In this document: positions 1 through 7,930 of the stretch, piece after piece
Layout: every line of letters starts with the position of its first letter
Position numbering within the stretch: position 1 is the stretch's first letter
From: Puniceicoccaceae bacterium
Lineage (GTDB): Bacteria; Verrucomicrobiota; Verrucomicrobiia; Opitutales; Oceanipulchritudinaceae
NCBI GenBank assembly: GCA_040830765.1
Contig: JBFOMH010000017.1
Span: 96,001-160,000, forward strand
DNA length: 64,000 nt
Reading direction: 5' to 3'
The notes under the pieces: generated by a model
Seen by the model: only the letters and a program-made list of their open reading frames with translations
Told to the model about the DNA's origin: nothing
The model's database searches: none
Program-made: the position numbers and the translations under genes

Positions 1-304
1 TCGCCCCGTCGCGGAAGACAAGGATTTCGGCTGAAGGGGTGTTTTCCCGTGGATCAAAATAGCCGATGTACCCGGCGGTCGGAACAGAATAAAAAACCCG
101 GTGTCCATCAGGATGCTGCACGATATCCCAGCAATTGATGTTGCCAAAGATCGACTCCACGGGCTCACCGGAGGTAGCTGAACGAATTTCAAACGAGGCC
201 GGGGAGGCGGCAAAGACGGCACTATCGGGATACGCTGCATTCGATGTGAGGCAGAGGAGCAGAATTCCCAAACACTGGCGTACGCGACTGTTCACACTTG
301 TCAT
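1..304 (-). CDS. Partial (N-terminal) secreted protein, possibly beta-propeller; runs off the window edge
   Basis: Hand translation from ATG at 304: MTSVNSRVRQCLGILLLCLTSNAAYPDSAVFAASPASFEIRS...CWDIVQHPDGHRVFYSVPTAGYIGYFDP, open to base 1; signal-peptide-like N-terminus; not in the ORF track because it is truncated. Confidence 0.65.
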   Translation of the reverse strand, partial: MTSVNSRVRQCLGILLLCLTSNAAYPDSAVFAASPASFEIRSATSGEPVESIFGNINCWDIVQHPDGHRVFYSVPTAGYIGYFDPRENTPSAEILVFRDGA

Positions 305-362
305 CTGCTACGAATCGGCCAAACTGTCAATTTATATCAATCATTAACAAGGGTAATACCTC

Positions 363-884
363 ATGTCAGAGCCGTTCATCGGAGAGATTAAGTTATATGG
401 ATTCACCTTTGCACCCAGGGGTTGGGCCTTGTGCGATGGCCAGTTGTTGGCAATTGCTCAAAACCAAGCCTTGTTCAGCCTTCTGGGCACCATTTACGGA
501 GGAGATGGCCGCACAAGCTTTGGATTACCCGACCTGCGCGGAAGGGTGCCCATTCATTTTGGTCAGGGGCCCGGTTTATCAAATCGTCAGCTCGGTCAAA
601 AAAGTGGGGAAGAGTGGATTACTCTTACCGCCAACCAAATGCCATCCCACAATCACCCCATAGTGACTATTGACGGAGTCGGCGATAAAAAGACGCCGTC
701 CGGTAATTTTCTTTCCATAGCCAATGACGGGGAGGCCAATTATTCTTCATCCACTGTGGATCCGAAAAGCCAGCTGAGTGGCAGCAGCTCCACGGGAGGA
801 AACCAAGCCCATTACAACATGCCTCCCTTCCTGACGGTTAATTTCAGCATTGCCCTGACAGGGATTTACCCAAGCAGATCCTAA
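363..884 (+). CDS. Phage tail-collar domain protein (microcystin-dependent protein-like)
   Basis: MSEPFIGEIKLYGFTFAPRGWALCDGQLL...LFSLLGTIYGGDGRTSFGLPDLRGR and C-terminal H.NMPPFL..NF.IAL.GIYP are hallmark motifs of this family. Confidence 0.9.
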   Translation: MSEPFIGEIKLYGFTFAPRGWALCDGQLLAIAQNQALFSLLGTIYGGDGRTSFGLPDLRGRVPIHFGQGPGLSNRQLGQKSGEEWITLTANQMPSHNHPIVTIDGVGDKKTPSGNFLSIANDGEANYSSSTVDPKSQLSGSSSTGGNQAHYNMPPFLTVNFSIALTGIYPSRS

Positions 885-894
885 TCATAACCCG

Positions 895-1377
895 GTGACC
901 CAGTGGGCAAATGTTACTCTCCGGCCGGAAACGGAGGAGGACAAGTCGTTCCTTCTGGAACTGTTTATTTCCACGAGGGAACAGGCCTTTGGGTTTGGTG
1001 ACTTAAGCCCGACTGACCGGACGCCACTGCTGCGGGAGCAATTTGAACTCCAGCACGGGCAATACAAGCTCTACCCGCATGCCTGGTTTACCATCATCAT
1101 CGTCGCGAACCAACCCGCGGGGCGATTGTACGTTTCGCAGTCGCCCAAGGAGATGCGTGTCATTGATCTTTCACTACTACCTGCTTACCAGAACAAGGGA
1201 ATCGGTTCGCAGTTGCTGAAAAATTTGCAGGCCGAGGCAACCCGCACGCAGCTGCCCCTGCGGCTGTACGTCGATAATCTGAATCCAGCCTACAATTTTT
1301 ATACGCGCCTTGGATTCCGGAGGATCGGCGAAACAGCTTCCCACATCCACATGCAGTGGAACCATGACCAGTGCTAG
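895..1377 (+). CDS. GNAT N-acetyltransferase of the type that follows tail-collar genes
   Basis: LRP...D..FL..LF.STR N-terminus; acetyl-CoA motif A 'DLSLLPAYQNKGIGS'; 'NPAYNFYTRLGF'. Confidence 0.9.
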   Translation: MTQWANVTLRPETEEDKSFLLELFISTREQAFGFGDLSPTDRTPLLREQFELQHGQYKLYPHAWFTIIIVANQPAGRLYVSQSPKEMRVIDLSLLPAYQNKGIGSQLLKNLQAEATRTQLPLRLYVDNLNPAYNFYTRLGFRRIGETASHIHMQWNHDQC

Positions 1378-1402
1378 TGCTTCAACCTCGGACCGTGAAT
1401 GG

Positions 1403-2044
1403 CTACTCCCCGGGATTCAATGGCAGGACATAGGCATGCGTATTGCCAGCATCGGTCCTTGTGAATCCGGTTTTCTCCAGATAACTATTGTGAGCCGCAT
1501 TCCCCGCCGAGGCCCGGATGGTTTGGATGTTTTTTGAGCGGAAGAAATCCAGTTTCTCGTTGAAGAGGAACTTGCCTATCTTGAAGTCCCGGTAATTGGG
1601 GATGACATAATCCAAGTCGATGGCGAGAACGCCCTCTTCATCAACGTTGCCCTGTATCAATCCGGCCGGAACCATGTCGCGAAGCACGAACAGTGAGAAG
1701 TTGTGCTGATTGTCGAATCCGTAGGAAGGCTGGTAGGTGGTGATGTGCTTCCTGTAGAATTCGAGGAATTTACGGGTATAGCTGCTCTCTGGATCTACCT
1801 CCAGAAGTTGGAAGTACTCCTTGTCGCGAAAGACCTGAATGAGGAAGTAGATGTTGATAAGGACAATAAATCCATTCATGGCCGCCACGGGGATGGACTC
1901 TATCAGGAGGCCATAGATGGAGAAGGTGAAGGCGCCGATCATGTTCACGATACGGAGTTTCACGATTGCCCGCATCATCAGGGAGATGACGACAAGGAGG
2001 GAGGCTGTGTATCCGATGAGTTCGTAGAGAAGGTGTGTATCCAT
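1403..2044 (-). CDS. Membrane protein (YgjV-like N-terminal helices) with C-terminal GNAT-like domain
   Basis: Start chosen at MDTHLL (ATG 2044); hydrophobic 'IGYTASLLVVISLMM..IVKLRIVN.IG' then 'LDYVIPNYRDFKIGKFLF...YLEKTGF'. Confidence 0.7.
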   Translation of the reverse strand: MDTHLLYELIGYTASLLVVISLMMRAIVKLRIVNMIGAFTFSIYGLLIESIPVAAMNGFIVLINIYFLIQVFRDKEYFQLLEVDPESSYTRKFLEFYRKHITTYQPSYGFDNQHNFSLFVLRDMVPAGLIQGNVDEEGVLAIDLDYVIPNYRDFKIGKFLFNEKLDFFRSKNIQTIRASAGNAAHNSYLEKTGFTRTDAGNTHAYVLPLNPGE

Positions 2045-2229
2045 AAGTGTCTGGACGGAAATTAGCCCCAGACCAGGTCGAGGGCAAACAGATTGGTGCA
2101 TCCGGCACCCATCGGTCACGCGGCGGGAATGGGGCGGGTGATGGCGTGCCAGATGCCGATTTACCATATACTCTCCTTTGCATTTGTGGAGAAGGTCCTC
2201 TTGTTATAAACACAAGACTAGGATTTTCC

Positions 2230-3114
2230 ATGGGCAACGTCGAAGCAGATTACAACGAGGTGGTTACGGCTGATGTGAACGGCCGTTTTCTTCCGCAAAC
2301 GAACATTGAGATTATAAACGAAATGGCTGGTGGCCATCTGCCGGAACATGTTCTCTTTGACTTTGATGGCACACTGAGCCTGGTCCGGGAAGGATGGCCG
2401 GAGGTCATGATCCCGATGATGGTCGAGATCCTGCAGGAGACGGGAACTGGCGAAGACCCCGACCAACTCCACAGTACAGTCGAGACGTTCGTCATGGAAC
2501 TGAACGGGAAACAGACCATCTACCAGATGATCCGCCTGGCTGAGGAAATTCGGCTTCGCGGTGGAACGGGCAAGGATCCGCTTTTCTACAAGAAGCTGTA
2601 CCATGACCGTCTGATGGCCCGTATTCAGGAACGGCGTGAAGGCCTGCGTTCGGGGGCCACAGATCCCGAACAGATGCTGGTTCCGCATTCCCTCGACATA
2701 TTGCGCAATCTTCGCGACCGGGACGTCCAAATGTATATCGCCAGTGGCACGGATGAAACCTACGTCAGGGAAGAGGCGGAACTCCTCGGTTTGACGGAAT
2801 TCTTCGGCGATAACATCCATGGTGCGGTGGATGATTTCAAAAGCTTCAGCAAGGCACAGGTTATTGAAAGGATCCTGGAAACGAACAGGGTCTCGGGCAA
2901 TAAGCTGCTGGGATTCGGCGACGGATATGTTGAAATCCAGAATATCAAGGAACGCCAAGGCATCGCCGTAGCGGTGGCCAGTGACGAATCCGGACGCAGC
3001 GGCAAGCCCGACATGTGGAAACGGAAACGGCTTATCGGCGTAGGTGCGGATATCGTCATTCCCGATTACCGCATGCATGCATCTCTGCTGGAGCTGATCT
3101 GGAATACCAACTGA
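2230..3114 (+). CDS. HAD-superfamily hydrolase (phosphatase)
   Basis: Motif I FDFDGTL, motif II IASGT, motif III Lys (FSKAQ), motif IV GFGDG; start set at ATG 2230. Confidence 0.85.
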   Translation: MGNVEADYNEVVTADVNGRFLPQTNIEIINEMAGGHLPEHVLFDFDGTLSLVREGWPEVMIPMMVEILQETGTGEDPDQLHSTVETFVMELNGKQTIYQMIRLAEEIRLRGGTGKDPLFYKKLYHDRLMARIQERREGLRSGATDPEQMLVPHSLDILRNLRDRDVQMYIASGTDETYVREEAELLGLTEFFGDNIHGAVDDFKSFSKAQVIERILETNRVSGNKLLGFGDGYVEIQNIKERQGIAVAVASDESGRSGKPDMWKRKRLIGVGADIVIPDYRMHASLLELIWNTN

Positions 3115-3121
3115 AGCTATC

Positions 3122-4231
3122 ATGCCATTCCCTTACCTGAATCGATCTGATCTGCGAATGAAGCCGCTCTCCGAGCGGATCCACAAGTACTCAATTGAGG
3201 CGCAGGTACTGGGCCTGAACGAGAGGCGCACCCCGCTGAATGACAAGGTCAAGGAGGACCTGGATCAACTGGTCGGGAGCATTCAGGCGGCGCATGCCGC
3301 CAGCCGGCCGGTCATATGTGCCATTGGGGCCCACACTATCAGGAATGGTCTTGGCCCGGTACTCGCCCGCTTAATGGAAAGAGGCTGGATAAACCATTTG
3401 GCGACAAATGGAGCGGGGATCATCCACGACTGGGAGTTCAGTTTCCTTGGAAGCACCTGCGAGGATGTAGAATACTACACAAGCCGGGGTGAATTCGGTA
3501 ACTGGGAGGAAACGGGTCGCTACCTTAATCTGGCTTTGCTTGTTGGTGCCTACGAAGGATTGGGTTATGGTGAATCCATTGGCAGGATGATCGAGGAAGA
3601 GGGCCTGACCATCCCCTCCGGTGATGCCCTGATCGCCGAGGTGGAGGAAACGATTCAATCCGATTCGGAGAAGGCCGCTGCCGCGGCTGACTTGCTCTGG
3701 GCAGTTCGTAAATTTGAATTGGAACCGGGCCGCATATCCATCCCCCATCCATGGAAACAGTACAGCGCACAGGCAGCTGCATACCGTAGCGGGACTCCCT
3801 TCACCGGCCATCCCATGATTGGCCATGACATCATCTATAATCATCCAATGAATCATTGCGCCGCTCTGGGCCGTTGTGCCGAGCGCGATTTCCTCGCGTT
3901 TGCCAATAACGTGAGCAGGATCGACGGAGGGGTCTATTTGTCTGTTGGTTCAGCCGTGATGAGCCCTATGGTTTTCGAAAAGTCTCTCTCCATGGCCCGC
4001 AACCTCGTCCGCCAGCGCGGGGAGGACATCTCTAACCATTCGATCTTTGTGGCCGATCTGGCGGAGTCGTCGTGGGACTGGTCGAAGGGAGAGCCACCGT
4101 CCGACAATCCCGCCTACTTCCTGCGTTACAACAAGACATTCAGTCGCATGGGAGGAGCCATGCGCTACCTGCAGATTGATAACCGTGACCTGCTCCTGAA
4201 TCTTGCCCAGTCGCTTTTAGACGAATCATGA
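3122..4231 (+). CDS. Uncharacterised protein with deoxyhypusine-synthase-like (NAD-binding) fold
   Basis: 'IGAHTIRNGLGPVLARLMERGWINHLATNGAGIIHDWE' and 'GGVYLSVGSAVMSP.VFEK' resemble DHS-like proteins; operonic with neighbours. Confidence 0.6.
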   Translation: MPFPYLNRSDLRMKPLSERIHKYSIEAQVLGLNERRTPLNDKVKEDLDQLVGSIQAAHAASRPVICAIGAHTIRNGLGPVLARLMERGWINHLATNGAGIIHDWEFSFLGSTCEDVEYYTSRGEFGNWEETGRYLNLALLVGAYEGLGYGESIGRMIEEEGLTIPSGDALIAEVEETIQSDSEKAAAAADLLWAVRKFELEPGRISIPHPWKQYSAQAAAYRSGTPFTGHPMIGHDIIYNHPMNHCAALGRCAERDFLAFANNVSRIDGGVYLSVGSAVMSPMVFEKSLSMARNLVRQRGEDISNHSIFVADLAESSWDWSKGEPPSDNPAYFLRYNKTFSRMGGAMRYLQIDNRDLLLNLAQSLLDES

Positions 4232-5274
4232 AGACTGCTTCCATGACATCGGGCCGCCTTGCCAAGCTGGTCGCCGGTTTCTCCGAGGCGAAGGTTGCCG
4301 TCATCGGGGATTTCGTCCTCGACAAATACTATGACCTGGACCCCGCCCGGCAGAAGGTAAGCGTGGAAAGCGGCAAGGCCGCCCACCAGGTGGTCGGGAT
4401 CCGTCATGCAGCCGGGTGCGCCGGGACAATCGTCAATAATCTCGCCTCCCTCGGCTGTGCCAGGATTATGGCCATTGGCTTTTGTGGCGATGATGGTGAT
4501 GGATATGAGCTCAGCCGCGACCTGCAATCGGTTGGATGTGACATCACGCATTTACACAAGACGGCCCGCCGAGTCACCCCTCTCTACTTGAAGCCACGGG
4601 ACGTGAATGACGACACCCTTTCCGGCGAGCTTGAACGCTTCGATATCAGCAACGGCTCCCCAACGCCACCTGAGGTCGAGGACGCCCTCATTGCATCCCT
4701 CGATGCGGTCCTCGGGGAGGTCGATGTTATCTCTATCATGGACCAGATCGACTCACCGAATCATGGTGTTGTCACGGACCGGGTTCGGAGTGCGATTGCG
4801 GAGCGGGCCGCCGCCTGTCCCGGGACTATTTTCTGGGCTGACAGCCGACGCTTTATCCGCCACTTCCGGAATGTCATCATCAAGCCAAATCCATTTGAGT
4901 TGTTGGGAATCGACAATCCTCCTCCCGGAACACAGTTCGATGATCAGGAATTACTCAATATGGCCCGTAAGCACCGCCAGGACTACCAGACCCCGCTGGT
5001 CCTGACCCGCGGCGCCGCCGGCATGTGGGTCAGCGATCCTGAATGGACGGAGGTCCCGGGCGTCCGTATTAAAGGCCCAGTTGATTCCACCGGGGCCGGC
5101 GACAGCGCCACAGCAGGCGCCATCTCTGCCCTCAGCGCTGGTGCCAGCCTCGTGGAGGCAGCCGTTGTCGCTAATCTCGTCGCCTCCATTACCGTCCAGC
5201 AGATCGGCAAAACAGGTACAGCCCGCGTTGATCAACTGAAGGCGGCCCGGCAGGCCTGGATTGGAAAAAGATGA
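4228..5274 (+). CDS. PfkB/ribokinase-family carbohydrate kinase, HldE (RfaE) kinase-domain-like
   Basis: N-terminal 'VIGDFVLDKY', 'IIKPN', PfkB signature 'VDSTGAGDS'; ATGA overlap with the upstream gene. Confidence 0.85.
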   Translation: MKTASMTSGRLAKLVAGFSEAKVAVIGDFVLDKYYDLDPARQKVSVESGKAAHQVVGIRHAAGCAGTIVNNLASLGCARIMAIGFCGDDGDGYELSRDLQSVGCDITHLHKTARRVTPLYLKPRDVNDDTLSGELERFDISNGSPTPPEVEDALIASLDAVLGEVDVISIMDQIDSPNHGVVTDRVRSAIAERAAACPGTIFWADSRRFIRHFRNVIIKPNPFELLGIDNPPPGTQFDDQELLNMARKHRQDYQTPLVLTRGAAGMWVSDPEWTEVPGVRIKGPVDSTGAGDSATAGAISALSAGASLVEAAVVANLVASITVQQIGKTGTARVDQLKAARQAWIGKR

Positions 5275-5453
5275 GGGTTGGGTACGCTGATTTCAATACC
5301 TCGCCCCAGTCAGAGCCAGCGTGAACTGGTCCCGCTTCGATGATCTTCGAGTTGCGGCAGTCCTCGTAGCATGGATTGCCATTTGGCGCACCCGGAAAGG
5401 GTGGCAGTAGGAAAAATCTGCCTCCCATGTTGTTTATTCACCAAAGAGCGGTA

Positions 5454-5468
5454 TGATAATTATTAAAT
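5454..5468. promoter_or_regulatory. Candidate Fur-type box upstream of the TonB-dependent receptor
   Basis: TGATAAT-T-ATTAAAT versus the 7-1-7 Fur core TGATAAT-N-ATTATCA; near-identical copy at 42629-42643. Confidence 0.5.
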
Positions 5469-5492
5469 CCGGTAAATTCCTCTCTCCCCCCT

Positions 5493-7922
5493 ATGGCTAT
5501 ACGCAATTTCCTGACTCTATCTTGTCCGTTGATGAGTATCCTTGCCTTGGCTGCAACAGGGTATTCCCAAACTCCGGCGGGGCAGGAAGATCCGGTGGCA
5601 GTGGCTGGAAGGGCCGGGCCCACTGCAGGTGAGGAACTACTCGTCAGCGAGCGTGAGAAAGTCCGGCTGGTGGAGGATTCGAGCATTGCGGAGGCGATGG
5701 ACAGGCGTCCGGACCTGAATTTCAATAATGTGACCATCGACGGGGAGGTGACTTCAATTTCCCTCGAAGACATTCCGGCGGACCAGGTTGAGTCAGCCAA
5801 TGTCTCCAAGGCCGTGACCCCCGATCTCGATGCCGATCTCCGGGGAGGCGGGCTGAACCTGCGGTCCAAGCCAACGTACTCCCTGGAGCAGCGGGTGATC
5901 AAGGGATCCGTCATTACGGAATACAACCCGATTGTCGAAGGCTGGGATACCGATGCCAGCGCCACCTACGGGAAGTCCATGGGCCGGTGGGGTTTTATTG
6001 CAACTGCGTCCAGGCGGCAGGGAACACGGGGCGATGAGGAATATGAACAGGACTGGTTCCTGGCAGGGGAGTCAGGTGCGGTCATTCCTGCCCTGAAGGA
6101 ACAGCAACTGCAGTATCAGGAATTCCAGCAACAGCGGAACAGCCTCAATGCAACAGTCGACTTCCAGGTCAACGAAGCCATCCGGTTGTATGTGAAAGGC
6201 GACTACAGGAAATCCGAGCGAGATCGATTCCAGCCCCGATTGACGGTGCGTCATGATGCCGGGGAGTACCGGAATATAACCGATACCGGGGCGGAAATTG
6301 ACGGTGCGCGACTGGAGCGCAATCTCTTCGGGTACGAGTCGGAGTCATCAGGGTATACCCTGACCACAGGAGGCTATCTTGATTTCGAGAAGATTTCGGT
6401 GGATTACCAGTTGTCCTACAATTACTGGAACTACCTGGAGCCGGACTGGTTTTCCGTCCGCTTCCTGCAGGAGGATGTGGACCTGGTCTATGACCTTACA
6501 CGCCTCAAAGGGCCTGAATTCATGGTCCAGTCCGGATCGAATGCGGACATCAACGATCCTCAGGCCTACATCAATGACTGGGTCCGCACGGAGCGCTGGG
6601 AAGAAGACAATACCGACTGGGTCAGCACCCTTAACATTCGGGTGCCCTTCAAGCTCTCCCGGCTCGAAGGGCATTTCAAGACCGGTGTTAAACTCCGCGG
6701 GCTGGACTTTTTCCAGGATTCGGATGCGACCATCTATGACTCCTATGACGGGATCTTTACCCTTGCCGATGTTGTCGGACCTTACAGCAACCCGGATGTC
6801 CTCGATGGCCTCTATGAGCATGGGCCGTTTCCATCCCTGGCAAGGTCGAGAGCGTTTCTGGAGGACAACCGGGACCAGTTTTCGGTTAATCAAACCCGTT
6901 CCCGGGAGATTTCGGATCCTTCCAGTTATGGCGTCAAGCGTGACATCCAAGCCGCCTACGGGATGTTTTTCTTCAAGCTCAACCAGTTGAAGGTTATCGC
7001 CGGTATCCGCTATGAGGAAACCCAGCGCTCCTACCGGGCGAACGAGCTCATCCTGGATGAGGACGGGGAGTATGTCAGCACCCAGCCGTTGACGGATTCG
7101 AACAGCTATGGCAACTGGTTCCCCGGCATTCATGGAAGTTACGACCTTGGCCGTTTCAGTTTTATTGGTTCCTGGTCCAACACCATCGAACGGCCCGAGT
7201 TTGGCGTTATTGTCCCGTTCCGGAACATTGTCCGGGAAGAACAATTTATCGAGGCCGGCAATCCCAACCTCAAGCCAACCCTGTACTCCAATTATGACTT
7301 CTCCATCGATTACCGGCTCGGTGGCGGAAACCTGCTCTCACTGGAGCTATTCTACCAGACGGTTGAAGACATCGTCTACTACGAGGTGGGTCTGGTTCCC
7401 GGCGGGACCTATGCCGGTTATGAGCTTGGAACCTATCGCAACGGACCCAGCGCTGATCTCTACGGCTTGCGGCTGATCTGGTCCCAGGGGTTGGGACAAT
7501 GGATGGAATTTGCTGAAGGCCTCTCCCTCAATGCAAAGTACATTTACCAGGAATCGGAGACTGTTTATCCTGGCCGCCCGGGGGTCACCCTGCCACTCCC
7601 GGAACGTCCGGGCAGCGAACTTGAGCTCAGCCTGGCTTATGAGCGCTTCCGGGTATTCCTGCAACTGGAAGTGAATTACCGGGAGGCGAACCTCGATGGC
7701 ATCAATGACGGAGCACCCTGGAAGGACGTCTATGAAGCAGGGCACACCTATTTCAACTTCACCAGCAGCTATGAGGTTGTCGATGGGATCCGGCTGCTCT
7801 TTGAAGTGGAGAACCTGACCAGTGAGGAAGATGGCCTGGAGTATTACGGGGATGGTGTACTCCTGACGGAATACGAACTTGCGCCAAGAATCTTCAAATT
7901 CGGCGTTCGCTTTGACATCTGA
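5493..7922 (+). CDS. TonB-dependent outer-membrane receptor
   Basis: Signal peptide, plug-like 'IPADQVESANVSKAVTPDLDAD..GGGLNL', 'GNPNLKP', 'VENLT', terminal 'PRIFKFGVRFDI' beta-strand. Confidence 0.9.
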   Translation: MAIRNFLTLSCPLMSILALAATGYSQTPAGQEDPVAVAGRAGPTAGEELLVSEREKVRLVEDSSIAEAMDRRPDLNFNNVTIDGEVTSISLEDIPADQVESANVSKAVTPDLDADLRGGGLNLRSKPTYSLEQRVIKGSVITEYNPIVEGWDTDASATYGKSMGRWGFIATASRRQGTRGDEEYEQDWFLAGESGAVIPALKEQQLQYQEFQQQRNSLNATVDFQVNEAIRLYVKGDYRKSERDRFQPRLTVRHDAGEYRNITDTGAEIDGARLERNLFGYESESSGYTLTTGGYLDFEKISVDYQLSYNYWNYLEPDWFSVRFLQEDVDLVYDLTRLKGPEFMVQSGSNADINDPQAYINDWVRTERWEEDNTDWVSTLNIRVPFKLSRLEGHFKTGVKLRGLDFFQDSDATIYDSYDGIFTLADVVGPYSNPDVLDGLYEHGPFPSLARSRAFLEDNRDQFSVNQTRSREISDPSSYGVKRDIQAAYGMFFFKLNQLKVIAGIRYEETQRSYRANELILDEDGEYVSTQPLTDSNSYGNWFPGIHGSYDLGRFSFIGSWSNTIERPEFGVIVPFRNIVREEQFIEAGNPNLKPTLYSNYDFSIDYRLGGGNLLSLELFYQTVEDIVYYEVGLVPGGTYAGYELGTYRNGPSADLYGLRLIWSQGLGQWMEFAEGLSLNAKYIYQESETVYPGRPGVTLPLPERPGSELELSLAYERFRVFLQLEVNYREANLDGINDGAPWKDVYEAGHTYFNFTSSYEVVDGIRLLFEVENLTSEEDGLEYYGDGVLLTEYELAPRIFKFGVRFDI

Positions 7923-7930
7923 GGAGGATC

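Noticed and set aside
363..884. Prophage suggested by the tail-collar gene
   Set aside because: No capsid, terminase, integrase or other phage genes in the window
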